Positions 36,383 through 49,761 of a stretch of 64,000 nucleotides of DNA are shown here, piece after piece (the stretch's first letter is position 1; the number at the start of each line of letters is the position of its first letter). A program made the translations under genes and the position numbers. The stretch is taken from contig NMRA01000521.1 of assembly GCA_002633005.1 (NCBI GenBank), forward strand, positions 242,234-306,233. Direction: 5' to 3'. A model generated the notes under the pieces. The model saw only the letters and a program-made list of their open reading frames with translations, had not been told where the DNA came from and searched no databases. The DNA comes from Phoronis australis (taxonomy: Eukaryota; Animalia; Phoronida).

Positions 36383-39300
36383 TTCAAGTTGCAAAATACT
36401 TCGTGATACAAATACCTCTACTTTCCAGAAACCATCAATCAATGCCTGCAATTTCTTTGCATTTCCAACTCGTGCCGAAAAACACCTGAAACGCGATGAT
36501 TCTTCGGTTCAATTACGTAGCTAAGGCCGATGTGCACAGCAAATACAGAGTCACACTAGCAAATCAATGTGGTCTATTGTATATTTATTCCCCATTGGTT
36601 AATTTGTTTGCTCTAATTTCCCAAGTGAAACCGAACTTTTCGAAACAAAGCGACCAGCAGTTGTTGAAAACGAATTAAGAATACAAAAAATTTCGAAGAA
36701 TATTCTCAAAACCATTAACGTCAACGCTTCAAATCCTTGACTATTGAGTCGATTTTTAGTCAAACACGTCGGCTTCCTTTATTGACAGACGTTGACGTAT
36801 TCGGTCGTGAAATCCATTTCATTTTGTCCACACACATGTACTCCAAAATAGCAGCAGACACTTTAATCCAGTTCTCTTCTAACATCACGATTATTACGTG
36901 TGATCCTGATTTGCCAAGAAGGTCAAAAATCCGATGAGTGTCCAAGAAAGGCTGCAGCACACAGTGCCAACTGTCGAGTTCAGTCTACACACAAATAGTA
37001 CCTGGAAAAGGCGCTCATTTCCAAGATGACTTGGTGAGGCGATGCCTGTTCGTTGATTCAAAATGGCTGCTATGTGGACTAACTGGGCACAACTACTTAG
37101 AACAAATAAAATTAAACAAATACTTCGTTATCAGTAATTGTGAGGCAATAGATCATTTCGATATTATTATTATATTACAGCAAAGCCCTAAGGCAGAGAA
37201 GAGGATATAAAATACTCTTATAGACATGGAGAACACTTCAGGAGACGAAGGATAACGTGGTTTTCCGATATACGCAACAATAAAGTGTAAGGCGAAACGT
37301 GTTTCATGTGGTCATGTGTCTCACTTATTTCTACATCTCGGCCAATGCAAGACAAAGGGTTCAAGCAAAGGAACAATTAACCTCACAATAAGTTGCAAAT
37401 TAAATCTCGTGGATCCTTGGATCAAAACCAATAGAGGGAAAAAAGATATGCAAATAGCAAATTGACGGATAATGACCAATAATTTCTGTCATCTTGACGC
37501 TGATGTCCACGTCAGCACCCTTCTAGTCAACCATAAGAATGTTTCCAATAAATGTAGCTTGCTAAAGATTGGTATTCATGCTTTATCTTTTTCTAACCTA
37601 CTTACTATTGAATGACAGTAAAATAATCAGTAGCAAGTACAGCTTTTATTTGCTCTCGAACTTCTGTCGAGATTGAAATGCAACCTATGACCGTTTCCAG
37701 ACTATGCCTACACGTATACGAATAACACGACCTAGGTATAGAGCCATCATTTGTTTTATTAACATGAACATGTGGATGCCCGCTTTTCTTCTCTCTGTGT
37801 TTTTGGGTCGATTTTCCTGCCGTAAACCGTCTTTTTACCTGAAATTCCATTTACTGTACTTTGCCAAACAAACCTGCCGTAGAGTAATGTTATATTGGAT
37901 GGCATCCAAAAACAAAAAAGTAGCAAGTGTGCTACATGTATACAATTCCGCGTAAGGGTGTTAGCTGCGGAACATAATCTCTATTGCCGCAGAAAACGCA
38001 TTTTGAAAATTTTATTGGATGGCATGGACTTCTTGAATTTGTTTGACCAGAACTGGGAAGCATCAAAATCAGCTTTTCTGATTTTAATGAAAATCATCAA
38101 TTTTCGTTGTTGTTGCCAGCCATTCTCTGAAGTCAACGCCGGTGAATTTACTAGTTAGATACCCTCAAAATACTCATTCGTTTATGATGGCCAGTGGGGT
38201 TTGGCAGTGTCAACCAAGTGTGGGCTGTGACCGCTGAATTTGTGAAGTTGATTACGTGTTCGGGACTGATCTCACAATACCGCTTACATGTATCTCGCCG
38301 TGAATGTCATTTTAACAAGCACCAATAAACTACATGCACCACTACAACCAAAAAAAACAAAGGCACTTGCACTAGCAACAAACGTGCACGTTCAAATTGA
38401 AACTATTTGAACTCTCATCAACATTATGACAATGAATGTTGAGTTACCTAATTTTACCCGTATCAACTCACCTGTGGAAAGCCAAAACGGAAAAATCAAA
38501 ACTCCTTGTTAAAGAAAGAATTAACATAAAGTCCAAAACATCATTTTCATTGTGCATGACCACAAAGAGACCAACATTTTCATTGTGCAGGACCTCAAAA
38601 AGACCAGCATTTTCATTTTAGATTAAACTAAAACAAGCATCATAATCTTTATAATAATTCGAGAAACAACAAGGGCGTGAGAAAGAGGCTTGAAAAGTGC
38701 TTGGCGGATGTTGTAGAATTGTGAGTACTGTGACATATCGTGAGATCCAAGTGTCCCCACTGTCCTGTTATAAAAATATGTTCAGAATTCAATAACCTTG
38801 ACATGGATTTTAATCCAAAAATCTCCACTGACATCATGTTCTTAAAAACAGAAGCTTTACTTGAACAGAACCCTGACTTGAAATTATCAGTCAAATCTGG
38901 TTTCAGCCAAGTCATCGATATCAACTAACGCAAATGACGCCGTACCCTCGTCAACGCTAAAAACATTTACCATAAAGAGCAAACTACTGCATGTTTAACT
39001 GGCCAGCGTGATAACACCTGTCAGCGAGTTACGTAATAGACAATTGTGGGCAAAGATCACACACCTTGCCTAACAGGGTCAATTTAGTGACGCAGAAAGG
39101 AAGCGTTTTTGCTAAATAATACTTATATTTTGTCTCGGTATGCACTGCAACTACAACAACCGATGACGGGACCACCGATGTGTATCAAAATACTAACTTA
39201 AATCAAAGTAAAACCTTTGCGATATCAACAAATATCTTTCAATACAGAGTCACTAACTATTTGTTTTCTGTTAATTGCACCCGAAACAACAACTGAAACT

Positions 39301-42300
39301 TCAAAGTGTACCTTCATGCTAACAAGCGTTAGAATATGGTCCTCAAGAATTTACTAACTTGACCTTTTGACAATAAAGTGACGTAAAAATAAACAACGTC
39401 ACTGTAACGCATTTTTCATGGCTGCCTTTATGAACAAAAGTCGCTTCTAAAAGGGTATTGAAATATTCGAGATAGATTACCATAGGTATTTTTAGGAAGC
39501 TTCGGGCATGAATTTCATGCCTGTGTAGACAACTTTTGTGCATGAAGAGTACAGCAGTGGACGACGAACACATTCTTGAAAACGAGGCAAGTGAAAGTTC
39601 ATCGAATGAGAAGAAAATTAGGCCACGGACTCGATTCCTTCTTGAAATATTTGCAAAATAAATGCGTAAAATTTTACTTTCATAAAGCATCTATTCGAGA
39701 ACAGCTACATGTATATGGAAAAGTTTATTTTGAAATTATAGGAAAATTTGTGAGCATTTTGTGAAATTACTATACTTGTTTATTTCCGACTGCCGAAATC
39801 ATGTGAAAAGTGTCGAGACTCAGCGAGGGGTTCAGTCGCTAGATTAATAAGCTATTGACCCGAAATCTCGGTACAAAAATAACAGTAGTTTCCACTTAAA
39901 AATCATCTCGTCTAAACTTGGTCTTGCGCTATAGGTCAGAGTGCGTGGTCGGCTTTCGTCATTGGCTCTGTACTATTTCAAAATATTAAAATGCCATTGA
40001 ATATACGCAGTTATTTTCTGGCAGTCCTTCGATATCAAAAAGACCACATTTCATTCAATTAACCTTTGACTCGAGCTATTCGCAGTAAGCGAACAACCAG
40101 CAATATTCTTGAAGCGATACCTGAACATTTCCCATTTTTTAAAAAAAAGGTTTAGGCTTTTTTGAAGGTGAATCTCATTTCTGACCCAGATAAAAACGTG
40201 GTTGAACCTGCTGTCAACTGAGCTGTGTACCGGTGCCATCGACAGCTGAGAATGGAGGCACACATTGTCACAAGGACTATGGCTTTTGGAAACGAAATGA
40301 CTGCCAGGAACTTTTTGAAACTGGCAAATGGTGAAACACTGCCTTCATCCAGAAGCGGGGGAGGCGGAGGGGGGGGGGGGGGGGGGGCGGCCGTGACTCA
40401 AACCCACAACATTTACCTTTGGCAACCAATTCTCAATAATGAAGGTAAATAAAGAGGCAATTGTCACACAGTTACCGAGCTGTTTTGTTAAAACAAACTA
40501 ACAATACGTTTGTAGAGCTTTTGGAAAAAATAACTATGTTGCAAGTGACGGTGGCAGCCATTTTTCTTTCTTTCAACAGTGAAGNCAGAAAATATTGCTT
40601 TCGACAGACAGAAATAAGTACAGAACTAGACCTGCAAGTCTGCCGCTGGTCAGAGTGCCAAATATCTCGGTGAAACACCCAGAGGTGTCGTTCGACTTCA
40701 TGCAGCTCCTCAAGTCTCTTTACTTCATACAGTTCTTAGTCAGTGGGTTCAACATTTTCACCGATGCCTTAGTGGTGAGATATGTCCATCCCCTCACCTG
40801 TCTCTCCCGTTCTGTACCATACAGGGTGCATTTTCCAGAAATAGATTTTCAAGTACGCCGTCAAGTAGGGGTTATACTGCCACGGGTTCTTTTGCAACGT
40901 GCGCGGCGTCAAATCGAAAACCACGGTATAGAACAATATCGTGCACATAGGCGGATTTAGGGGGGAAGGGCGAGCCCCCCTTGGACCCCCCCCCCCCTTG
41001 GCTGCCGCAAGCAAGATGAAACAACAACAGCGTGAAGAAATATTGAGTATTGAGTCCAGTGACGAACGAGGACCGGTAGCAGATGAGGGGGGGGAGCTCA
41101 AACCCCAAATCGTGGCGGGATCGTGTTCCAATTTATTTTAGTTAGTCCATCGATAGATTTTCCGGACAGAAGGTCCACATGCCTGGTAAATTTCCGGCCG
41201 CCTGTACACATACACTCGCGCTTTTCCCAATTCCCCGAGGCAACATGTTGGGCCCCCGCTAATGATATCCTACATCCGCCACTGGTGCATCACCAAAACA
41301 ATGACTGCTATTCAATGAATCACGGTAAAGTAAGGCATAATACAGAGATACAGTTATCAACATCATGCTTCGCCTCTATCGCCCCAAAACTCATAACGGA
41401 TGCGCAATGAATAGTCGTTGTAAGGGCCAAGACGCCATGACATCAAAGATTTCGGACTGTAAAATCGTGCCACCCGTACTGTGTTACTGTGTATGTGTGT
41501 ATTCAAAAACATCTTGCTTGGATGCATGTAGCTGGAGATGCTGAATGCTGGGATAGAATTCACTGTCTGCCGTTTCACACGCGACGATTTCGTGCCGCAG
41601 GTGCAGCTTAAATACCTGAGTTCTAATGAACGCAACTGTTGGTTAAGTCCACCAAACGTTATAAAAATGACCTTAGTTTGTACCTTAATCAATATAGGTG
41701 TTCGATTATTATTACTCGAGGCCAGACACAACAGGTTTGTCACGACTGGTTGTTTTGTGTATTACAGAAAAAAAAAACGAACCGACAGTTTTTCTAAAAA
41801 AGAAGACATTTCTTGTTTGACTAAAAGCAACAGGTCGATGTCATCCGTCAGTTTTACAGCGGTGGTCTCACAATGCAAAGGTTAACCGTTTCTGCTTTGA
41901 CAGAATGCTGTTCATTTTCTAAACAAGATAGTAGTAGTAATGGTAGTAATACACTTTATTTACGTTACGACAAAAATTCATTTAATAATACAAATTTACG
42001 CTTATGGAGACTCCGTGAAGGAGCCGAAGGGTCCGCTGACCACGGAGCCACCAGAGAGTAAAAATACAGTGTTACACATACATGTAATCAGAATTACAAA
42101 ATTAGGTGATAATGTAGTTTAAAACTACTTGTAAAAAGACTAGGAGAGATTATCGAAAATAGTTACACACAAAGCAGTTGGGAATAGTGCACTTAAGTTC
42201 ATAACCTTCAAACCAAACGCTTTTAAAATAATTCATAACAGAGGATAACGAATGGGTAAAAATTTTTGGGAAACATTTTCGGGAAGGTTATAATTGATAC

Positions 42301-42605
42301 GATGTAGGGCACTGCGAACAGAATCTTCAGCAAATGATTTTGTACAACGAGAAGTTTGTAGGAGATGTTTTCTAGTGTAATGATCATGAACAGACCCACG
42401 GGTTATTAAATTGAACGTGTTAAAAATGAAGGTAAGTAATTATGAACATATTTATAGAAAAAATAATAATCGAAACAACAAACAAGTCCTTTATTTTGAG
42501 TATCTGTGTAGTCTTAAATAAAGGATTGGTATCATGGGGATTAAAACAGCTAGAGGTAACAGTGCGAATAACCTTTTTCTGTAATTTAAAAATTCTATGA
42601 TGTTC

Positions 42606-43489
42606 CAGTGGCGGATCTCTAGGATGTCACGAGGGGGCCCCAACATTTTGTCTATGAACATTTGCGCAAAGCACGATTGTAGATGCACACAGCACCGAAT
42701 GGGGGGAGGTCGAGAGGGGGGTTAGCCCACTCCCGCCCAAGAAATTTTTTTCTATTTTTCCACTAAAAATCAAGCATTTTCCTTGATTCCTGAAGTATTA
42801 TCCAAGAAAAAAAAAACAAAAAACACGGAGAACGTGTCAAACTTGGAAAACTGCAATTACCACAGATTCGAACTACTTCTCTTTGTAATGCTTATTATAC
42901 ATTTTATATTTTGTGCAATCAGTTTGAAACAAATGTGTTGTATTTAAAATAGTCTTCAATTGCCCAAAAGACCAAATCCGTTTTTGTGTTGGCATTAATA
43001 ACGCGATTGCATTGGAAATCGTCTTAAGTTAAGGTTTGACAAAGAGAGAATTGTGAGTTTCTGAGTAATTCACTGAGGCTTTGATTAAAATTCACATCTT
43101 ACCAGAGGCTTCTGTTTTTTCATCGTCACTCAGATTCCACTTTCTTTAAAAAAGGAAGTAATTTTCTTCATTGCACAGTAAAGCAGACGACGGAAGCGGA
43201 GTCGTAGTGCGTAGCGCCACTGCCGGTAGCCTGGGATATCGCGGGAGAGCCTACACTTAGCCATAGTTCCGTTACGATTGAGCCGTGTTCCTAATTTGGC
43301 GCTTGAAATTGGATCTGAGCCCCCCCAACACGCTAAAACTGCACACATTTAAATCTTGTTTCCGCCGCATAATGTTAATTACCGGGGTTAATTAATAAAT
43401 TCAACATTTCCCTACGCTATTGCCGTTTTATTTTTTGCGGCAGCCAAGGGGGGGGGGNNNNNNNNNGGACACAACTAGATCCGCCTATG
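42606..43489. mobile_element. Inner non-autonomous TIR element with 5-bp TSD, inserted in the LINE
   Basis: Ends CAGTGGCGGATCT / AGATCCGCCTATG; TGTTC duplicated at 42601-42605 and 43490-43494. Removing it restores the LINE frame ..GREHHRIFKLQKK. Confidence 0.88.
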
Positions 43490-43602
43490 TGTTCACGCCC
43501 CTATAGCAGAATATCATAATTAAAAAGAGGAAGGACAAGACCAGATTATATACAGTTTTTAAAGTTTCAAAGGGCAAGAAATGTTTAATATTAAGAACAC
43601 CA

Positions 43603-44288
43603 CGGAATCTGCTTATCTTTCTCAACACATTATATATGTGTGGAGTTCATAACAGGTTTTCGCTGATGGTAACATCAAGTAAATTTCCAAGTCATTAAAC
43701 TTTAAATAAAAATCCTCAATACATTTTGGGGGTTTATAAAAAACTATGAGTTTTGTTTTTGTTGCATTTAAATCTAGTCCAGTACATTTAACCAAGACTG
43801 CAGCTCCCTAGTGTCCCCACTAAACTTATGTGACTCATTAACAGACAACGAGCTATGCATTACTAATAGTAGTATCATCAGCAAAAAGTATGCAGTCAAA
43901 GAAACTCGTGCTCTTCAAAAAATCATTCATACAAATTATGAATANTCGGAATCTGCTTATCTTTCTCAACACATTATATATGTGTGGAGTTCATAACAGG
44001 TTTTCGCTGATGGTAACGTCAAGTAAATTTCCAAGTCATTAAACTTTAAATAAAAATCCTCAATACATTTTGGGGGTTTATAAAAAACTATGAGTTTTGT
44101 TTTTGTTGCATTTAAATCTAGTCCAGTACATTTAACCAAGACTGCAGCTCCCTAGTGTCCCCACTAAACTTATGTGACTCATTAACAGACAACGAGCTAT
44201 GCATTACTAATAGTAGTATCATCAGCAAAAAGTATGCAGTCAAAGAAACTCGTGCTCTTCAAAAAATCATTCATACAAATTATGAATA
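43603..44288. repeat. Near-identical direct duplication of about 340 bp, separated by a single N
   Basis: 43603-43944 is repeated at 43947-44288, with N at 43945; probably an assembly overlap artefact. Confidence 0.85.
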
Positions 44289-44661
44289 ATAACGAACCCA
44301 GTATAGACCCCAGTGGGACACCCCGGAATCTGAGTGACGATGAAAAAATAGAAGCTGCTGGTTAGATGTGAATTTTAATCGGAGCCTTAGTGAATCACTC
44401 AGAAACTCATAATTTTCTCTTTGTCAAACCTTAACTTAAGACGATTTCCAAAGCAATCGCGTCGTTAATGCCAAAACAAAAAAAAAAACGGATTTAGTCT
44501 TTTGGGCAATTGAAGACTATTTTAAATACAACAAATTCGTTACGAACTGATTGCAAAAATATAAAAAGTATAATAAGCATTACAAAAAGAAGTATGTTTC
44601 GCGCGCAAACGTTTTTGACCATAAACAAGTAGGTCTCTTAGTGTCAAATTACGAGAGAAAT

Positions 44662-44720
44662 CGTGATGGTGCAGTGGTAAAGCGCGCGCGCCCTATCCGC
44701 CAGGTCGTGACTTCGAGTCT
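44662..44720 (+). mobile_element. tRNA-like SINE head fragment
   Basis: TGGTGCAGTGGTAA (A box) ... GACTTCGAGTC (B-box-like); lies in a segment absent from the homologous arm of the inner element. Confidence 0.5.
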
Positions 44721-45177
44721 GTGGTAATTGCAGTTTTTCAAGTATGACTAGTTCTCCGTGTTTTTTCTTTTGTTTCTTGGATAATACCTCAGGAATCAAG
44801 GAAAATGCTTGATTTTAGAGGAAAAACAGAAAAATTTTCCGGGGCGGGAGAAGGCAACCCCCCCCCCCCCCAGTGCTATGCGCATCTACAATGGTGCTTT
44901 GCGCTAATGTTTACTGGCAAAATCCCCTCCCGACCTCCCCCCATTCGATGCTATGCGCATCTACAGTCGTGCTTTGCGCAAATGTTTACAGGCAAAATGT
45001 TGCCCCCCCTGGTGATATCCTAGATCCGCCACTGTATTGCTTTCCTTTAAAGGCATTGTTTAGTAGTCAATGTAATGAAATGACTCTTTGTAAATCATTT
45101 TCATGGTACCTCAATCTAACGCAAAATTAGGGGCCATGTGTTGTCGCTGAAGTATCATTCCTGATTGCAGTTTCGGT

Positions 45178-45730
45178 AGCTCATTATACTACACTAGCTG
45201 CACCTCATTATACTCCACTAGCTGCAGTTCATTATACCACACTTGCTGCAGCTCATTATACCGCACTAGCTGCAGCTCATTATACCACACTAGCTGCAGC
45301 TCATTATACCCCACTAGCTGCAGCTCATTATACCGCACTAGCTGCAGCTCATTATACCGCACTAGCTGCAGCTCATTATACCGCACTAGCTGCAGTTCAC
45401 TATACCGCACTAGCTGCAGCTCATTATACCGCACTAGCTGCAGCTCATTATACCGCACTAGCTGCAGCTCATTAAGCTACACTAGCTGCAGCTCATTACG
45501 CTACACTAGCTGCAGCTCATTACACTACACTAGCTGCAGCTCATTATACTACACTAGCTGCAGCTCATTATACCACACTAGCTTCAGCTCATTATACCAC
45601 ACTAGCTGCAGCTCATTACACTACACTAGCTGCAGCTCATTATACTACACTAGCTGCAGCTCATTATACCACACTAGCTTCAGCTCATTTACCACACTAG
45701 CTGCAGCTCATTATACTACACTAGCTGCAG
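45178..45730. repeat. 24-bp minisatellite, about 23 copies
   Basis: Unit CTAGCTGCAGCTCATTATACCGCA with variants. Confidence 0.96.
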
Positions 45731-48437
45731 TCTTTTATGATTACTTATAGAGTTATCTGACAGTTACTTCTATCCCAAAGTTTCAGGGTTATCAGGTACT
45801 TTCCAAACTGCTTACTTTCCATCACCATCCTTTTGGCACTCGCTGTTACCCTATTACAAATTTTAAGCAAGGAGAGTTCACTAGTACACGCGAAAGTATT
45901 TTACGGAAATACAAGAATTCGTCATGAACTGCAAATTAAGCACGTGATCACACCTTCCTCATCGAAATTTTTACTTCTACAAAACTCTACCAAGATTTAA
46001 CCGGTATTTTAATTATCTAATTTATATACCTGTATCACACACTTTCAACAGGATTACTTGGTTGAGATTTCTGGGGCTGGCACGCACAACCCAGAATGGG
46101 TTTTTGTCTGTCACAGCCCATTTGGCAGTAACTTCTATTTGAATCACATGGAATTGTTCATTGTGCTACCACGAATATACGAGCTAGCTCCTTTTTGGGC
46201 GTCATTATTGAATTTATGGTGGACCCTTTCCAAACGGGACACTGAATTTGTCTACCATGCGGGATGGGCCATCCGGTGTTCATTGCGGCACGATTGTTGG
46301 TTTTAAATCCAGTCGGTACCTCGAACATCTAATGTAGCTCAAACTTCCAATGGCATACCGTGGTTGAGATTTTTGGCTTTTTCGGAGAGCACAACCCAGA
46401 GTGTATTTTGTCTGACATAGAGCATTTAGTGATCAGTGACACTGTTACGGTAATATAAACGAAAATACACATGATCTGTAAAACAACTGATTTTATGTTT
46501 CTCAACAATCGAGACTGAACATACATGTTACAGTAATATAAACGAAAATACACACTGAACGGTAAAACAACTGGCGTTATGGTTCTCAACAATCGAGGCT
46601 GTCTCGTCCCTGTCGTCCAGGTAGGTGAGTGAGAAGAGGTTCCAAGATTGCAAATTTCAGTTCTGTTGGTTTGGCGGCTATGAGATGTGTAAGACAACGG
46701 CAGACGTCCATTTCCGTATATACTGAGGAGGAGTCTAAGTGCTCTTATGGTCAGATGTTGGTACCTCGTTCATCTACGTGTATGTTAAGTGCTCGGGGAT
46801 GCCGGTCTAGTGCCCGTGATTAGAATTGATGAAGCCAGCGGTACTTAAGTACAAATCTATAAACGAAGGTGCCATGAAACGGGCCGAGTTCCTAAAGTAT
46901 ATTATTTCAAATAAAATCGCTGGTCCGCCGTTACACGAATTTATTTACAACCAAACATGTGTTGAGACCAAATAAACCAACACCAATAAATAGAAGTGAA
47001 ACATGTTACCGAAAAAAAGTAGACGAAACAGTAGCCCATGTAGCCGCCAAGCGCACATACCAGTTTATTTCCTCGTTTTGACGGCGAGCTAGAGCAATAA
47101 GACTTCACATGCATTGGAAGTTCGCATGCATTGGAAGTTCGCATGCAGTCAAGAAAAAAAGTATTAAAAAGCAAGGCACAACAAATAACACGATAAACGC
47201 CAATGGCGCGAAAGCGAGGACAGAGAACTACTTGGCAGAAGTTGCAGCATTGTAGGTAAATACCGCGAGATTCAAGTGTCGCTGTGTAATCAGGGAACGC
47301 CCTATGTTCTCATGCGCGCATCATGCAGGGGAGGGGGGNNNNNNNNNNNNNNNNNNNNNNNNNNNNNNNNNNNNNNGAAAACGAGACCGAAGTCCACTAA
47401 AACGGTAGGAACTACCAAAATTCGAAATTCGGCGTACGCAGAATTTACAGCTCCGAACGTACCTCGTTTTTTTAGTAAAAAGGTCCACATTCTCAAAATT
47501 TCGAGCCCCCCTACTTTTTAGGCTGAATGCGCACATGATTCTAGTTGCAACAGGCTGGCTATTTAACAATCACACGAAGCATAAACACTGAGATGATGTC
47601 CAAATATAAAATATTTACCAAAACGCCTTTAAAGCCACATGCAATGATGCATTGAAGTCGAAAACGCGGATTTCCAACTACAATAAACTATACAAAGCTG
47701 GGGTGCACGTACGAGAAATTTGGTAACAAGGTATATTTTCACGAACTTTGAACAACGCTCTCTAACTGCGACAACCCTAAAAACGTCCGAGCAAATTCAA
47801 AAACACTTTACAAATCTGCTAAAGTGCCGACCATAACTTAACGCTCTTGGCCAATGAAGAGACGGCAATGGAAAATCAAAGGGCGCCCACCTTGCAACTG
47901 AAGCACAGAATATGGTACACGCGGACAGGTTAAGAGCAATGTTATGCTACCTGGGCACAAACTCTATTTTGGGTGAAATCGGATTTAGAACCAACTCATA
48001 TGTCTACACAGAAAACAACATAAACGACAAAGGAACATAACATCGCTAACAAGCCATAAATGATTGAGCATTTCACGAAAAGCACAATTCGCCCATACGG
48101 ATCAAATTCGCACAGGGTGGCAAAAAAAACAAAACAAAAACAGTGGGCGCATGTGTTGCCATGAAGACCGGTTTACGTCCCAGCGATCCATCTGTACATG
48201 TACTAATCACAGGTCAAACCAACTTAACATAGAAACTAGAGCTTAAAGAAAACAAGCAACTTCGGTAAAACACATACATAACATGGATTTTAACACAAAC
48301 TGTTATTAAACAGGCTCTCAAAACAAAACTTACAGTAAGGTACAGTTAAAACAATAGGAAATTATTTTCACAACCTGAAACACTACCGGCATCTAACCAT
48401 GCCTCTGTAACAATGCAGCAAATTACAACCAGGCGTG

Positions 48438-48576
48438 CGTTCAGTAACGCTAGGACATAGGCTAGGAACTAGCTAAAATCTAGCCAAGTCACGTCTTCTC
48501 ATTTAAAATACACGGTAAAATCTCACGTTACCTCGCGAAGTTGTGATTTTTAGCGAGGTCCTAGCGTTATTGAACG
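48438..48576. mobile_element. Small MITE-like element
   Basis: CGTTCAGTAACGCTAGGAC / GTCCTAGCGTTATTGAACG inverted repeats (one mismatch). Confidence 0.65.
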
Positions 48577-48597
48577 GGAGGTAGGTCAAAGAGACAC

Positions 48598-48705
48598 TGT
48601 CAGCGACAGAAGTGATTTTTGAAAACTGCCCCAGCGGGAGTCAAACCTAGAATCCCTGCCGTCGCAGCCTAGATCTCACCTAGAGGAGCTAAACGCCACT
48701 CGATA
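48598..48705 (-). mobile_element. tRNA-derived SINE head (degenerate)
   Basis: Minus strand TAGCTCCTCTAGGTGAG ... GGTTTGACTCCC resembles A/B boxes. Confidence 0.5.
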
Positions 48706-48823
48706 GGAGACAAGGTATTCTTAAGCATAAGTCACCAACCTATCTCAATACATACCTCCCAGACAAGGAAGAGATTTAGCAATTTGTAATATAATCACAA
48801 AACCACACACTATAACTCTTGGG

Positions 48824-49296
48824 TCTGTTTCATGAAAAACGACTGACGATCTAAGTCAGAAAAGTGGTCTTGCACTTCAGAAAAAATAAGTAAATCACAC
48901 TAGAGCAAAGCCACAAAGACTCTGAGTATACATACATCGCTGTTAGTCACTCAGATAATGGATTATTTCCAGACTGTGGTGTACTCATCTTGTAATTACT
49001 TGACTAAACCAATATTAAATAATTATCCAATGAAAGCATAAGACCAAGTTTCTATTAAAGTCTTAAGTCATTTCTAGAATGTCTTAATTCATCATGATGA
49101 AAGTAACTCACTTCATCATTGCCGAAAGAGTTCTGCCAAGTAATGTTGAGTGCATAAGAGTTTAGAAATAATTTACAAAAATTACCTCAAAACTACCAGT
49201 TATGTGTATATTCCCACACTTTTGCACAAGAGAGAAAAATTATTTTAATACCTGTGCTTAAGACCTAATTTCATAAGTAACTTTTCATGAAACAGA
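48824..49296. mobile_element. MITE of about 470 bp
   Basis: Perfect 15-bp inverted repeat TCTGTTTCATGAAAA / TTTTCATGAAACAGA. Confidence 0.7.
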
Positions 49297-49761
49297 ACAC
49301 TGGTTAAAACTAATACCCCTAAGAAGTCCATCCCATCCAAAAATAATCCCAAAAATGCTTTTTCAGCCCTAAAATCAATAGTGTCCCTTTAATATAAAAA
49401 TATTACTAGGATAGCTTTTCGTAAAATTTCTACCAGTTTTAAACTGAATACTTTTGACTGTTAAGTGATGTACTTGATGCAAAGTAACAGTTCCACCACA
49501 GACAGATATAAGCGCCATCTTTTGGGTTTAGCATACCTCACTATACTGTGTTAGAACAAGTGCTGTGTATTTTCAGTCAGCCTAAGTCACTTAATCTGCG
49601 AGAGAGATGAACCTAACTTATGGAAAAGCCTTCATACCCCCTATAACATCCCAGTGGCTGGAACTGCATATTGAGGCACAAAATAGGACCAAGCAACTTT
49701 CACGATATTGCATGTTAATGCCTTTCTCCATCAAGATGTTTCCTTTTGATCTAACAAGTGA

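Larger units (their letters stand above)
41930..44322 (-). mobile_element. 5'-truncated, decayed CR1/L2-group LINE
   Basis: Minus-strand remnants GVPLGSILGSLLFII..ND....CILFADDT, TISENL..TPHI, IKHFLPFETLKTVYN and RIFKLQKKVIR...PLFK..ILKIKDL, with stops and frameshifts; (TAC)n-like 3' tail near 41930-41950. Confidence 0.85.
40946..45034. mobile_element. Outer copy of a non-autonomous TIR element, carrying nested insertions
   Basis: Left end CATAGGCGGATTTAG...CCCTTGGCTGCCGCAA and right end ...CTAGATCCGCCACTG. Both ends match the ends of the inner copy at 42606-43489 in the opposite orientation. No TSD recognised. Confidence 0.65.

Noticed and set aside
40600-40930. Coding-like minus-strand stretch with in-frame stops
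   Set aside because: No recognisable protein motif or splice structure; cannot be assigned without a search.
43603-44288. Apparent 340-bp tandem duplication or LTR-like direct repeat
   Set aside because: Copies are nearly identical and joined at a single N; most likely a contig overlap artefact.
45189-45458. ORF with repeated VRYNELQL
   Set aside because: Translation of the 24-bp minisatellite; no splice or homology support.
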